A program made the position numbers and the translations under genes. A stretch of 64,000 nt of DNA, taken from the human T2T-CHM13v2.0 reference genome, Homo sapiens. A model generated the notes under the pieces. The model was given only the letters and a program-made list of their open reading frames with translations. It was not told where the DNA came from and did not search any database. Shown here in pieces: positions 29,127 to 42,282 of the stretch (positions within the stretch are counted from its first letter, which is position 1; the number at the start of each line of letters is the position of its first letter). The stretch lies in assembly GCF_009914755.1 (NCBI RefSeq), contig NC_060927.1, one strand, 5' to 3'.

Positions 29127-29487
29127 GCTATTATTATTTGTGTCTCTCTTTTTCTTATTGCATGACCATTGGCCTCTTAGTGACTCATTCATCAAATGTT
29201 TTTTGAGTGTTTACTATATACTATGTACCACACCAGGCACTAGTGATCCACTGTTGAAAAAGATACAGCACCCGCCCTCATGGACCTAAAAAGATCATTT
29301 TTGGTGCAACGTGATAATTGTCACAATGGAGGAATTACAGGGTGTTTTGGGAAGACCTAAAAGGAGCACTTCACTCAGATTTAGAAAAAGTTTCCAAAGA
29401 AACAAGAGCCAAATTTGGAAACTGGGCATTTCTCTTATTCATTTATTCAATTATTTACCTTTACTCATTCAACAAATATTTATTAGA

Positions 29488-29808
29488 CAGAGCTTTCCAA
29501 TAAAAATATACATGAGCCACATACGTAATTTAAAATTTTCTAACAAATTCTAATGCGAAATTGGCCAATATTAAGAAAAATAAAAATAAACAGGGAAAAT
29601 TAATTTTAGTAATGTATTTTAATCTAATATGTCCAAAATCATATTAACATGTAATCAACATAAAAATATTGCAGCATTGTATACTTTATTGTGCTCAGTC
29701 TTTAAAATCAAGTGTGTATTTTACATGTACAGCACACTTCCATTCAGACTTGGCATATTTCACATGTTCAGTAGTCACTTATGACTAGTGGGCTTCCATA
29801 TCAGTGTG
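29488..29808 (+). mobile_element. MER33 (hAT-Charlie)
   Basis: GCTTTCCAATAAAAATATACATGAGCCACATACGTAATTTAAAATTTTCTA...GTGTGTATTTTACATGTACAGCACA. Confidence 0.85.
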
Positions 29809-30560
29809 GTAGGTACCAGGCACTGTACTAGGTGCTAAGGATATAGTAATGTGTGCAATAAACACAGTCCCTGTTCTAATTGAGCACGTAAGCTGCTCAT
29901 GAGTAGTTGTTAGCTAGGTACAAAGGGACTTGCAGAGGAGGAGAGAATGTTCGGGTCAGAGAATCAACATGTGCCAAAGTCCAGAGGTGAAAGAGCATGG
30001 TGAGTTTTGGAATGGAATAAAGTCTCAGGGATAAAGAGGGAAAGTAAAGTAATTAGTGAAAGAAGAAATGACAGAAGTAACTGGAAGTCAGATAATGAAG
30101 GCCCTTAAGCCATATTTAAAAATTCAGACTTGGTCTTAAAGCCAACAGGGAGCACTGAAGAATTTTCACTAGGTGAGTGACTTAATCAGATTTGCATTTA
30201 TGTAAGATGATTCTTCCTCTGTCCTGTAGAATGGATTGACGTAGGTCAAGATCAAAGGCATGGAGATCATTTAGGCCACTTTCACAATAAATGTGTGCTG
30301 AGATGATGCTGGCCCAGGCTAAGGTTGAGAAGAAGTGATGAGAGAGAGTCTTAGAGAATGCACGGGACTTGATTATGGCCAATTATATAATGAGTGTGTA
30401 GGGAAGGAGTCACTCATGATGTCCAGGCTTCTGGACATGTCTGGAATGTGTCACCAAGACATTCACTGTGAGAAATAGTACAGAAGAAGGGGCAGGTGAA
30501 TGATGCTGAGAATGGGAAGATGAAGAGGTTAAATCCAGTTTTGGACAAGGTGAATTTAAA

Positions 30561-31008
30561 TACAGATGTACACTCAGAAGGTATAATTGAAGAAAGTTTA
30601 ACAAAGTTGTGGTCAGGGTAAAAAGAAATCTACAGTGGATAGTGAAGTGCTGTGATATCAGCAATGATAGAAAGTCATTACCACTATCTATAGGTCTAAG
30701 ATCAAAGAGAAGTGATTGTTTTCAGAGTTTACTGTAGCAATAGGAAAGAGCCACCCAACAAGAGACGGGGACTTAGGTAGTGTATCGTGGACTTGTCAAA
30801 GCATAGGAAACTAGGGGAATAAAAATCTCAACCTCTCTTCTCCCCTCCTCTGAGCACCTGCCAGTGACTCTCACTAAACACACCTAGAATTCAGAAGGCT
30901 GAGAAACCAGATTGTTAAAATCCATAGAGTCAGTCTCCTGGGGCCAAGAGCAGAGAGAAGAGGGGTGAGGAATGTGTCTGGGGAGACAAATAAAAATTAA
31001 ACAGCTCA
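30561..31008 (-). mobile_element. LTR33-family LTR
   Basis: Reverse strand reads GCCCCAGGAGACTGACTCTATGGA...GGAGAAGAGAGGTTGAGATTTTTATTCCCC; homologous to 7545-8058. Confidence 0.7.
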
Positions 31009-31490
31009 AAGTACCTCCAAGCCATCCAAATAGAAAAAATATGATAGGTTAGCGCCTAAGCGAGTTCTGTACTCAAAGGGATAGTTTGGACTAAAAAAAG
31101 TCAATATCTTAAAGTGGAAATGCAATCCATGAAAGTGGATGGCATATCCTAGGAAGAGGGTGTAAAATTAGGACAGAGCCCAGAGGACCACTAGTATCTA
31201 TGGTAGGAACCCTTTCCTGAAGGGAAATTATTTTTCTTCTACTGGCCTTTGGAAGAATGACTAGGAACCTGCATTGTGCTTTGGTCTGTTAATTTTTTAA
31301 AGGCCCTTTCAGTTATGACTCAAACTGCTTGCAAGTCATTGGCTTCACAGAATTGGCCAGTCAGTGATTATTTTTAATGCTTTTTGCTGTACAGTTTTCA
31401 GGCTTTCCATCATTATTTCTTTAAATGCCTAATCACTTCCCCTGGGACCAGCTTGCTTCCTGCTAATGATGTGTACATGCTGAATCTATA

Positions 31491-31517
31491 TTCTCTTTCT
31501 TTCTTTCTTTCTTTCCT

Positions 31518-31574
<57 letters not shown>

Positions 31575-31624
31575 TTTCTTTCTCTTTCTCTCTCTTTGTC
31601 TCTCTTTCTTTTCTTTCTTTCTCT

Positions 31625-31678
<54 letters not shown>

Positions 31679-31704
31679 TTTCTCTTTCTCTCTCTCTGTC
31701 TCTC

Positions 31705-31742
<38 letters not shown>

Positions 31743-31758
31743 CTCTCTCTCTCTTTCT

Positions 31759-31830
<72 letters not shown>
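31491..31830. repeat. Complex (TTTC)n/(TC)n microsatellite, about 340 bp
   Basis: Pyrimidine-only except two G; several (TTTC)n runs separated by (TC)n blocks. Confidence 0.99.
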
Positions 31831-33117
31831 ATCCCATCATCTAGTTTCCCACCTCAAACTGGCAGGTAAACAGGAAGGGCATGGGTCTTCAACCACTGGA
31901 ACTCCCTAACAGAAAATGAAGACAGAAAACATAAATTTTGGGAAACTAAAATACTATGAGAGATGCATATTTTATTGAAGAAAGGACAAAAACAGAAGGA
32001 ATGACAGATAAGGGCAACTCTAACAGCTTGTTGCCAACTGAACTTGATGCTAGAAATTCAATGGAAAAGAAGTAGAGGCTAGAAATTTGTACAAGAGAAA
32101 TGGCCTTTGGCAGTGAGATTGAGGGAATTTGCCATGCAAATAAGTTAGCCCAAACCCTTTGTGTGTATTTTTGTGCTGGGGGGTGGTCCTAGTATTGCTG
32201 CAATATTTGAGTAAATAATACTGAAAGCACAGTCTAGTCACTTGGGGATGGAAACATGACAACACCTAAGGGAAGAGTTCAGGGCCCAAGTTAGGGGTTT
32301 TTCAACAAGTATCTAGTGACCTACAGGAAAGTGGGCATCACAGCCTGAGCAGAAGCCTAGTGAGTTAGGCTTACTGTAATCAGTTGGTGGATATTAGAGA
32401 GTGAGGCTGTAGCCTGATGCTCACATAGGTGCCTGGACACCAGGTCACAATGGGCACTCTGGGTGTAAGTTTCCATTTCATCTTTTGAACTATTAAGGGC
32501 ACAAACCAGAAGCTTCATTACGTTAGCAAGTGGAAATAATCTGTTGCCCTCATACCATCACTTCTAAAACTGTTATTGATGCTGTAATAAGGGTAAGTGG
32601 AGTGTGATGGGAGCACTACAGCTTGCTACTAACTGAGCCTGGTAGAACCTTGAAAGACGAGGAGGATTTGGTTTGGCACAGAGGAGAAAGGTTACAGGTG
32701 AAGTGATGACCTACGGAACAGAATAGTAGTGTGAGTAGGTATTGATGAGGAAAATTCATCTTTATAAAAAACAGAACTTTGCATCACTTATCCTAGAAGT
32801 TAAAATCTCAAAAAAACCGATAAATCTTAATGTAGCTCTTTAATTGTTTAGTAATAAAATGGCACAACATTGTTCAAACATATTATGAGCATCTCATTAG
32901 CTTTCTTGCATTTGCTAACTCACGACTATATTACACTCTACAATAATGGGATGTTTAGGGAGTTATAGAAACTCATAGGAGGGACATGGAATCCAGCCTT
33001 GAGGAGCCAATGGCAGTTTCCCAGGAAAGTGACAAGGTAAATGCAAAAGGTGAGTAAAAGGTAGCCAGACGAAGATAATGAAGAGGTGATAGGGAAGAGT
33101 TTTCCAATCAAAAATGA

Positions 33118-33573
33118 GGTAGATATTATGCATGATCTCAATTCTTCTCTGTCCAGATGAATCAGGTCTGCTGCAATGTAACTTTACAGTGTCCCCTCAC
33201 CCAGACTCTAGCCATGTGACTTGCTTTGGCTAATGAAATATTAATGGACATGATGCAAACAGAGGCGTGAATAAGCAATTTTGCATTTCTGCTTGTCCTC
33301 TTCTTGCACTCTTCCGTCATCATGAGAACATGCCTGGGTGAGAATGCTGTAGGATGAGAGACTTGAAGCAGAGCCTAGCTATTCCAGTCATCCAGCTGAG
33401 GGCATCCTAGACCAGCCAATCTTTAGACATGTGGCCGAGTCTAGCCTAGATCAGCAGAGCCACCTAGGCACCTACCTCAGAGGTATGACTGGTAAACACT
33501 TATTGTTGCATGCCATTAAGGTTTTGTGGTTGCTTATTATGCAGCATTATTGTGGCGATAGATAACTAATACA
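33118..33573 (+). mobile_element. MLT1H-type MaLR LTR inserted in L2
   Basis: GCCATGTGACTTGCTTTGGCTAATG...GCAGCATTATTGTGGCGATAGATAACTAATACA. Confidence 0.88.
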
Positions 33574-33652
33574 AAAATATGAAACCCAAGAATGAATGGA
33601 GTACTTAAATCACTGAAAGGAGTACAAGCAGTATCAATTCCCATTGGTTATC

Positions 33653-33684
33653 TTATATATATCATATATATATATATATATATA
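33653..33684. repeat. (TA)n microsatellite
   Basis: Read directly. Confidence 0.9.
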
Positions 33685-34108
33685 GTCTGTAGACTTCTCT
33701 GAAACAGTTTAAAAACAGATCCTATTGTGTGATCAATACCAATAGAAGGACTATTGAAGAATCTTGAGGCATATTCTGATGTGGGTCCTATTGGCCTTAT
33801 CAAGGAAATTGAAGCTGGCTTTGCAGAGTCTTACAACCAAAGAGCTTAGGGTAGTGATGGAGGAAAAGTTTAATAGATTACTTATTTAGTATCACTGAAT
33901 AAAGAATTATAAATGATCAATCATATTCCCTTTTGTTATTTCTCCAAAATTAGAATACATCTTGATATTGCTGGCACTATCAGATGTGCCATTTAGACAT
34001 AAAAATCTATCAAGTGACTGAGGCCTATGAAAAATAAGCCCAGTAATAACTTGCTCCTATGTTAACACTTTTCTTCATAATCGAAAATGTGAGCCTAATG
34101 GTCTAGTC

Positions 34109-34294
34109 CAGTGGTTCTCATGCTCTGGCATGCATTAGAAATACCTAAAGGGCTTGTTAAGACAGTATTCGTGGACCCCATCCCCAGAGTTTCTTATTTA
34201 GGAGGTCTTGGGAAGTCCCAAGAATTTGCGTTTCTAACAAGTTCCCAAGTGATGCTAATTATGCTTGTTGATGATTGCACTTTGAGAACCACTG
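34109..34294 (-). mobile_element. MER5A, complete, with perfect 12-bp TIRs
   Basis: CAGTGGTTCTCA...TGAGAACCACTG; followed by a 9-bp duplication of the TIR end (GAACCACTG). Confidence 0.93.
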
Positions 34295-34313
34295 GAACCA
34301 CTGCCTCAGTAAC

Positions 34314-34896
34314 TATAATGGCTAATTATGTGTCAGCTTGGCTAGGCCACAGTACACAGTTGCTTGGCCAGATACAAGTCTAGGTGTTGTTGTGAAGGTT
34401 TTTTTTTTTTTTAATGTGATTAGCATTTGAATTGGTAGACTTTGAGTAAAGCAGATTAGCCTCCATAATGTGGGAGGGCCTTGACCAATCAGTTGAAGGT
34501 CTTAAGAGCAAAGGCCGAGGTTTTTAGAAAAAGGAATTTTGCTTCAAGACTGAAACACAGAATTCCTGCCTAAGTTTCTGAACTGCTGGTCTGCAGTTTA
34601 GACTTGGCATTGCAACAACTCTTAACCTGAATTTCCAGCCTGCCAGCCTACCCACAAATTCTGCACTGACCAGCCCCACAATCATGTAAGTTTCTAAAAA
34701 TCAATCTCTCCCATCTTTCTTCCCTTCTTCCTCCTCCTCTCCCTTCTACATACTCAGGTAATTAATTCAGGTATATGTATATATTCAGGTAAATTCTTTC
34801 TTTTTGTCTCTATGTATATAGACTAGAGAGAGTAAGAGAGGAAAGAGAGAGAGAGAGATCTCCTATTGGTTCTTTTTCTCAAGAGAACTGAATACA
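34314..34896 (+). mobile_element. MLT2D-type ERVL solo LTR
   Basis: TATGTGTCAGCTTGGCTAGGCCAC...GACTTTGAGTAAAGCAGATT...TCCTATTGGTTCT...AATACA; TSD GTAAC/GTGAC. Confidence 0.9.
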
Positions 34897-34920
34897 GTGA
34901 CACTGCAATGAAGTCTCCTC

Positions 34921-34926
34921 AAAAAA

Positions 34927-34959
<33 letters not shown>

Positions 34960-34970
34960 GAAAAGAAAAA
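34921..34970 (+). repeat. Orphan poly(A)/(AAAAG)n tract
   Basis: A25 followed by GAAA and (GAAAA)n. Confidence 0.9.
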
Positions 34971-36197
34971 GCCAGAACTTTGAACCTGTTGTCTCTTTAT
35001 CTAGAGTGCATTTCCTCATTTTTTCACCATTTGAAGGCCTCTTTAGCCAGAAGACCCATTTCAAATACGCCACATTCGATAAAACTTTCCTGACTCCCTC
35101 TGGACAGTTTCCTTGTTCTGTAGCCTGCATTAGGGTAGCATTATAAGCTCTTAAACACAGAGGATGATGTTCTGGAGGCCTGGGCATCATTTTAACCTTA
35201 TCAGCCTCATAAAATTCTTCATAAGTCCTGGCCCGTAGTTGGTATTTCATAAATATTTTCAATGTATAAATGAGTGAATTAATGACTTCTGTTTTTATTT
35301 AAATTCGCTAATGCATTTATAGACCATAAAGATCTACCAATTAGCCTTAAGAAATTATATAAATGCAAATATATATTTTTCACCTTACCAAGCATACTGA
35401 AAACATATGAATACAATAGCTACCAGATAGATAAGCTTTTACAGTGTGAATTGAACAGTATTCTGATTCGTGCATGGGCATCAGTCATGTAAATGTATTA
35501 GGCTCTTTCATTGATTCCAATAAGCAATTATTCAGAGCCTACTTTTTGGCTGGCACAGTGTCAGGTGATGTATACATTACTTATGATTCATTATGGCACT
35601 TTTCCTCAATGTTTTTAAGACATTTTAACAAGGACTCTTAAGACAATATATCTTCACACATCTAGATAATTGGATGTTTTTCTTATATTTTAGAAATTAA
35701 AAGAAAATTGAGCAAATGGCACTAGAATTAGAAAGAATGAGCAATTCATTAGGCAATAAGAATATTAACTAGAAATTAGGAATCTATTTCTTATTTTAAT
35801 ATGCACTTGAGCTTAATTGGCTAAGTTTTGAATATGGGGTGATGAGTTGAGTTGTTAATACAAATCACACACCTTTTATATACCTAATAAAATCCAAGAG
35901 TTGGAATGCATTTGCGTTGCAGACAATTTATCTGGAGGAGTCAATGAGTTGGGTAATAGAAAGGGATAATAGGAAATCAGTGGCTGAGAAACCTATAAAG
36001 TAAATTAACATGTGCCTTACTTTATTAATTTATAACAATAATGTAATGGATAAATCAATGAGGAGTGCTTTGAGAGAAATGGATGGAGGGAAGAGTTCCT
36101 CCTTTTTGCAATTTGTTGGAATCATTTCCTCTGCAGAGGAAATGTTGGCCAGAGGTAAAGAATGTCTTGCTCTTGATAAAGAGGAAAAAAAGTGTAA

Positions 36198-36642
36198 TGT
36201 AGCGGAATCTGTGCATGCTCTGTTCATATCCATGGGCCTTAGGACTTCAGAGAACTTCTATTGACTTCCAAATGCTAGTGTTTGAATCTCTCTGCCTGAG
36301 GACATTTTTTCCCAAAGCCTCTAGGTTGGCAGTGCTCAGAAAATAACTTATTCACTGGTCCTCAGCAGCCCCCTACCAATGGCTGACAGAAGTTGGTATA
36401 TTAACACCCCAGCTTCCTAGTTCCTTGGGTGATATAACTCTTAAGCATTATTTTGCGCAGTTTTCTAGAGTTTGCAGTCAGGATTCAGCTCATTTATCCA
36501 CAAGTGAAGCTGGCTTATGGGCTGCTTTCTCTTCCCTGTTGTCACTTCCCCACTTTCTTAGTAATGCCTCTTGCATCTCTCACAGAAAATCCTTGCACTT
36601 GAATGCTTGCTTGGGGTAGGCTTCTAGGAAAACCCTAAGACA
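36198..36642 (+). mobile_element. LTR16-family (ERVL) solo LTR
   Basis: TGTAGCGGA start; CCAATGGCTGACAGAAGTTGG...CCCCAGCTTCCT; CCCTAAGACA end; TSD TGTAA/TGTAC. Confidence 0.8.
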
Positions 36643-37199
36643 TGTACAAAGACTGTTGACTCTTTGTGGCTGTTGTTCTTTGTGGTTCTGGGGAGGGGCC
36701 TGATTTTTCAGGTTCAGTCCTGGCTTGGAAGTACTAGCTACAGAATCCCATTGGCTAACACTGAAGGCTTCAGAGTTTGGAGGAGCTGGTGTGGGTAAGA
36801 ATCTGCTTACAGAGGAGGATCTTGGACAGATGAGAGTCTTCTAAGACAGTTTAGCTGAACTCTTCATTGCTGTTCTCTCTCCCCATCAGTTGTGTCATGC
36901 AGCCTGCTCATCAACATACACGTGTGGAAGACAGATTAGCACTACTTAGACTGAGCTTTGTTCATTTTCTGTTGCCAGTCTGCATTTGAGAGAGTAAACA
37001 TTTGTCTCGGTAACTCTAAAAGCGAGCATTTTTCTCCTTTTACTCCTGCATTGCCAGGCTTAATTAGCACTTTGCATAGACTTCATAATGCCTTTTGGCT
37101 ATACTCTATCTCTGTTCCATTTTGAGAGAGATTGTTCCTTTTGAAAACTGTGTATGTTTCTGTGTGGAGGGAGTTTGTACAATATGAATATTTCCCTCA

Positions 37200-37520
37200 G
37201 CCAGCATCTCCCACCTTAACTACTATAAATAGTCTTACTCGTCTCCTGCTTCCTCTCTTAAACTACAGGGGTCTATTCTCCAACTAGCAGCCAGAATGGG
37301 CTGTTAAAATATAAATTTGTTCTTGACCTTTTTCTGTAAAACCCTCCAAAGGCATTATTATGCCCTCCCTATAAAATCCAAACTTTGCCCTCATGTTACA
37401 AGGTCCTTTGCTCAAATGTCACCTTCTCAGAAAGGCCTCTCTGGGCCTTGCGAGTTCATCCTTAGCATTCCCTGTCTCCCTTCTCTGCTTTGTAATTTTT
37501 TATAGAACTTATCACTGTGT
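37200..37520 (+). mobile_element. L2 fragment
   Basis: AAAACCCTCCAAAGGC...ATAAAATCCAAACT...GCTCAAATGTCACCTTCTCAGAAAGGCC. Confidence 0.7.
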
Positions 37521-37569
37521 TATTAACTGCATGTTTTGCTTCTTTGCTGATTATATCACTATTACTGTG

Positions 37570-37935
37570 CTTCCTTCATGTAGCGAAACACGTTTGAGAT
37601 TCATTCATGTTGTGTGTCTCCGTAATTCATTCCTTTGTATTGGTGGGTAGTAGTTCACTATGTTGACATATCTAAATGTATCCATTTGCCAGCTGAAAGA
37701 CTTCTGGATCATTTCTAGTTTATGGGGCTTATGAATAAAGTTGCCATAAATATTTGCGTCTGGGTTTTTGTGTGAATATATTTTTATTTCTCTTGGGTAA
37801 ATACCTAGGAGTGAGATCACTAATTCATATGGTAAGTATATGTTCAAGTGGTTGTACCATTTTGCACTCTCACCAACAATGCATGAGAGTAGTTCTAGGT
37901 GTCCCAAATCTTTGCCAGCATTTGGTATTGTAGGT
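37570..37935 (-). mobile_element. L1M (MB/MC-like) 3' fragment
   Basis: TTTCTCTTGGGTAAATACCTAGGAGTGAG...GTGGTTGTACCATTTTGCACTCTCACCAACAATG; ORF 37605-37907 has LPYELVISLLGIYPREIK, resembling the L1 ORF2 C-terminus. Confidence 0.85.
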
Positions 37936-38069
37936 TTATGAGCATGAGGGGTTGGTGGTGGACTTCAAAAGAGTCCTTGAGATTCATTATTATTTTTAAT
38001 CAGAATTTCCAGGTGGGGCCCAAGTGCAGGTTTTTCTTTCTTTCTTTGGTCTAAGAGCTGTACCATTTA

Positions 38070-38552
38070 AAAATTATTATTTAGTTTATTTTTTAGAAAA
38101 GTTTTAGGTTAAGCAAAAAAATTGTGCAGAAAGTACAGGGTTTCCATTTTCCTTTCTGTCCTCTGCGGTTTTGTCTATTATTAACATCTTAGATTGGTGT
38201 GTATATTAGTTATAATTGATGAAAGAATATTGATGTATTATTATTAACTAAGGTTCATAGTTTACATTAGGGTTCGCTCTTTGTGTTGTACAGTTCTATG
38301 GGTTTAATGCATAATGCCCTGCACCTACCATTACAGTATCATACAGAATAATTTTACCACTGTAAAAATCCTATGCTTCACCTATTCATCCTTCTCCCCT
38401 ACTCACCCTGAAATCCTGGAACAACTAATCTTTTTTGTTCAGTATAGTTTTGCTTTTACAGGATATTGTACTGTTGGCATTACAGTATGTGGTCTTTTTA
38501 GACTGCCTCTTTTTATCTAGCAACAGGCATTGAAGGTTCCTCAAGTCTTTTC
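38070..38552 (-). mobile_element. L1MD-like 3' UTR, inserted in a MER5-like fragment
   Basis: TATTATTAACTAAGGTTCATAGTTTACATTAGGGTTCGCTCTTTGTGTTGTACAGTTCTATGGG. Confidence 0.8.
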
Positions 38553-38603
38553 TAAAAGTTTCTCAGGAAATTGTAACAGGCAGCTATGTTTGAGAAGTCC
38601 CAA

Positions 38604-38738
38604 ATTAGAATACAAGCTCCCAGAGGATCTTTCTCTTCTTCAAACATGTTTTGTGCATTTGTGTACCCTCAAAGCCTAGAACAGAGCCTGGCATATAATA
38701 GGCTCACAATAAATTTCAAATGAGTGAATGAGTGAATG
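38604..38738 (+). mobile_element. L2 3' end
   Basis: CCTAGAACAGAGCCTGGCATATAATAGG...AATAAAT...GAATGAGTGAATG. Confidence 0.8.
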
Positions 38739-40164
38739 GTAAGGTCAGACCAGATTTACGGAAACCTAAACATTCCTCACATTTGATAATCCTCTCAATA
38801 AGCTCTGAAATTGGTTTCAGACCAAACAATACATTGATCACTCTTGACTGCAGTTTGCCACTTCCTATTTGCTGTACCCATGCTCCGTCACTCTTTAAAC
38901 TCCAACATACATTGAGCTTCCTCCATAATGCCTTTATTACCTTCATTTGGAAACCTTCTCCTTCACTCTGCTTTTTAAATCCTTCCAGAATTTCTATAAC
39001 TAATTCATCTTTGATCACTTGCAAAAGACCTACCAAATCATTTCAAACTCTTTTCTGAACTCTTAAAATAATTACTGCTTTTAGATTCATTGGACATTGT
39101 GACGTGCTACTTGTTTTTTCTAGACGTTTGCTCTTGTGAAGTGCTTTTTGAACTTGATTGTGTTATTTTCATGTGTTTCTCCCTGGTGCTCCAACTAGAA
39201 TCTAAGTGCCCTAAAGACAGATATTACATCCTTACTCATGTTATTCAGTCTTGAGTCTCTCCTAGCACTTAGCATTGTCTCAAGCTTGATAAATATTTAT
39301 TTATTTATTTATTTATTCCAGTTCAGGAAATGATGAACTATGGGGAATGAGAATGATGTAAAGGAAATAGTGTAGGTCCAGGCAGCCAGAAATTGTAATA
39401 CTAGTCATTTAGCCTCTCTAGACCTCAGTTTCCTCATTTGCATAATTATTTGTACTAAAGTCTCTAATTTCTTCTCTGTTTGTACCATTCTGTGTTTTGA
39501 TTACCCATAGCAACAATAGGGTAATTGGACAAATGACATAATTGGCCTAAACGGACATAGCTGCTGTTAGGATTAAACATCAATCTTTGATAACAACAAA
39601 CAAACTGGAATAAAGCTGTTAATTTGAGATCAGTTCTAATTTTTATGTTTACATTGGGTTATTTTCTTTGCACCTGCACTCTGTCCTTCACCTGGAATAC
39701 CTGCTTTCCCTCTACACTTTCTCAGTAGGTACATTGAAGTTCCACTTCATATAGCCTTTCATGGTTTGTGTCTTTTTTATTCGTTTGCTTTTCCATTGTT
39801 TTTGTATTTTCCCCCTGCTATCTAGTAGCTCCGTGAGAGAGGAACCATGTAGATCATCTTCATCATTATATTGGTGACTGATATGTAATAGGGCTTCAAT
39901 AAATATCTGCTAAATGAATATATGATCTGAAAAAAACGTATTTTGTTAACAAATAAGTGCTGGAAACACTGCATATTCTACTTTTCCTTCTTGGAATGTC
40001 ACAGTCCTAAATGCAGGAAATCTGTTTACTTTTATCACTCTAGGATTTGCCAAACTTATTTGATAATGGGCCTCCCCCGACCACCCCACCTTTTTTTTTT
40101 TTTTTTTTTTTTTTTTGCTTGGAACATCCATTTATGCAACAATCACACCTACATTATTAAAAAG

Positions 40165-40605
40165 TAGTTGCTCTCTGGTATCAAACTACTCCCATATGTC
40201 CAGCATTATTCTAAGTGCTGTATAAATATGATAACCAGAACAATCCTATTTTTACTCTTTTTACTTGAGATTTTTGAATGAGGAAACAGAAGCTTAGAGA
40301 CTTAAACTATCTTCCTAAGCCACACAGTTCCTTGAGGAATCAGTATACAGATAGCTCAATGTGAGAACTGCTAGTCTAATGAAATTCACAGGTTCTGGAG
40401 CAAGACCGACCAACATTTGAATCTGAATGGAGTGGGTTCTGGAATGGATCACTGCTTTCTATATGTGGGTCTGGGCCTCACTGTCTTTTTCTGTAGAATG
40501 ATGATTATATTAATTGCAAAGAGTGACTTAGAAACTAGATGAAATAATGTATGTAAGGAAGTTAACATTGTACATGATAAATGCTTAGGAAATTCTAGTT
40601 ACTAT
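40165..40605. mobile_element. Two MIRs, head to head (minus 40165-40330, plus 40345-40605)
   Basis: ATGAGGAAACAGAAGCTTAGAGA core; GGTTCTGGAGCAAGAC...CTGTAGAATG...AATGTATGTAA. Confidence 0.65.
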
Positions 40606-40723
40606 GAGCAGAGAGGCTGACACTAAATAGTACCTGATGAGCATTATTTATCTTTTCTGACACTTTGGTTTTTCATCTTGGAGCCTTTCGTGATTTGGTT
40701 TACCTTAAAACTTCTAAGAGTAG

Positions 40724-40906
40724 TGTATTAGTTAGGTTGGGCTAAAAACTGTAACAAACACCTTTAAAATATTATAACTCTACTTAGTAAAAGTTTATGT
40801 CTCAGAGAAGTCCAAAATGGATTTCCTTGATTGGGAAGTTCTCTTTAAGGTGTGACTCAAGTCCTCCACTGTGTCCTCTTCCTGTAGTATGGAGAAAAAG
40901 AGAGGA
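40724..40906 (-). mobile_element. MLT1J LTR, left half (other half at 52769-52887)
   Basis: TGTATTAGTTAGGTTGGGCTAAAAACTGTAACAAACACC...AAAAGTTTATGTCTC...AAAAAGAGAGG. Confidence 0.75.
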
Positions 40907-42282
40907 GTTTTAAAAAATTATGAATATTACATTTATTTATTGCCCAGTTGTTAAAACATTGGCCATGGATGAATACTCAGAATCTTCCTGTACTTTCTAG
41001 TTATATTTAGGTCATTGAACATCCAGGAGTAAAATTTCCAGTGTCCTATAATTAGCAAAATTGTAAGCATGATTTGAAAGTAATTAGTGTTCCTATCTAT
41101 ACCTAGAACCTATGGCAGGTGGTCAGTTTGAAGTGGTAAATGGTGGATACAGTCCTTAAGCCTTCTTTATCATCTACATCCCTTTTTACCATTCTGTAAT
41201 TTTTAAAAAACAAAATAAATTTTTTTTATGTTAAGTACATAACTTGATAAATTTTCTCAAAATAAAAACACCTGTAAACCATGGTCTTCACTGCGAAACT
41301 GAACTTTACTGACAAGCCTGAGAGCTCCCTCAAACCTCCTTCCAAACAGTATTCCACTCCCCACAGTAATGCCTACTTGACCAATATCATCAACATTTAA
41401 TCTGGAGTGTTTTCATATTTATGTCAGTAAAATCATACAATCTGTATTCTTTTGTTCCTAGCTTCTTTTCACTCTACGTATCTGTAAAGTTCATCCATAT
41501 TTTTGCAGATAGCAATAATTTGCTCACTTCCATTGCTATATAGTATTACATTGTGTAAATATCCACCACTTCATTTTATTATTGAAATAAATTTGAGTTT
41601 TTTCCAGTTTTCTAGTTTTAGGTCACTCTGAAGTGTTGCTATACACGTTTTTGTACTTTTCCTTGGTGCACATCTGTACACATTTTATATGTATTTACCT
41701 AGAAATGGAATGGCTAGGTAATGGCATATGTATATGTTCAGCTTTAGCAGATACTGGGAAAAAGTTTTCCAAAGTTGTTTTACAAGTTTATGTCTATAAA
41801 AATTCTATTTGCTCCACATCTTTACCAACACTTGGCATTCCCGCTTTTTTTTTTTAAATTAACTATTCTGGGTGGCTGTGTTGTGATATATCATATTGTG
41901 GTTTAATTCATATTTTTATCATAACTTATGGAATTCAGCATTATTTTCTGTTTATTGGCTATTTGGACATCATCTTTCTCAAAGGGTATGTTTAAGTGGT
42001 GTTGTTTGCCTATTTTTCTATTAGATTGACTATCTTATTGACTTGTGGGAATCTTCTGGTTATAGGACCCTTGTCAACCATACGTATCACCAATATCTTC
42101 TGGGAATGCATGGCTTGCCTTATGCATTTTAAAGTTGTCTTTGAGGAGTGGAAGTTCTTAGTTTTAATGTAGTTTAACCTATAAAACTCTTTCTTTATGA
42201 TTAGTGCCTTTTGTATCCTTTTAAATAAATATTTACCTATGCCAATGTCATGAAAATATTATCCTGTGTTATCATCTAGAAG

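Larger units (their letters stand above)
29180..31225 (-). mobile_element. L2 copies (two 3' ends); the second is interrupted by MER33 and LTR33
   Basis: CATTCATCAAATGTTTTTTGAGTG and CATTCAACAAATATTTATT tails; TTTTGGACAAGGTGAATTT resumes as CCATCCAAATAGA after LTR33. Confidence 0.75.

Noticed and set aside
31316-31322. AP-1 sites TGACTCA (also 21467 and others)
   Set aside because: A 7-mer occurs several times per 64 kb by chance; no independent support.
31384-31869. 161-aa F/L/S-rich ORF resembling a membrane protein
   Set aside because: Translation of the (TTTC)n tract, which cannot contain stop codons.
34866-35262. Poly-K and poly-F ORFs
   Set aside because: Translations of the poly(A) tract.
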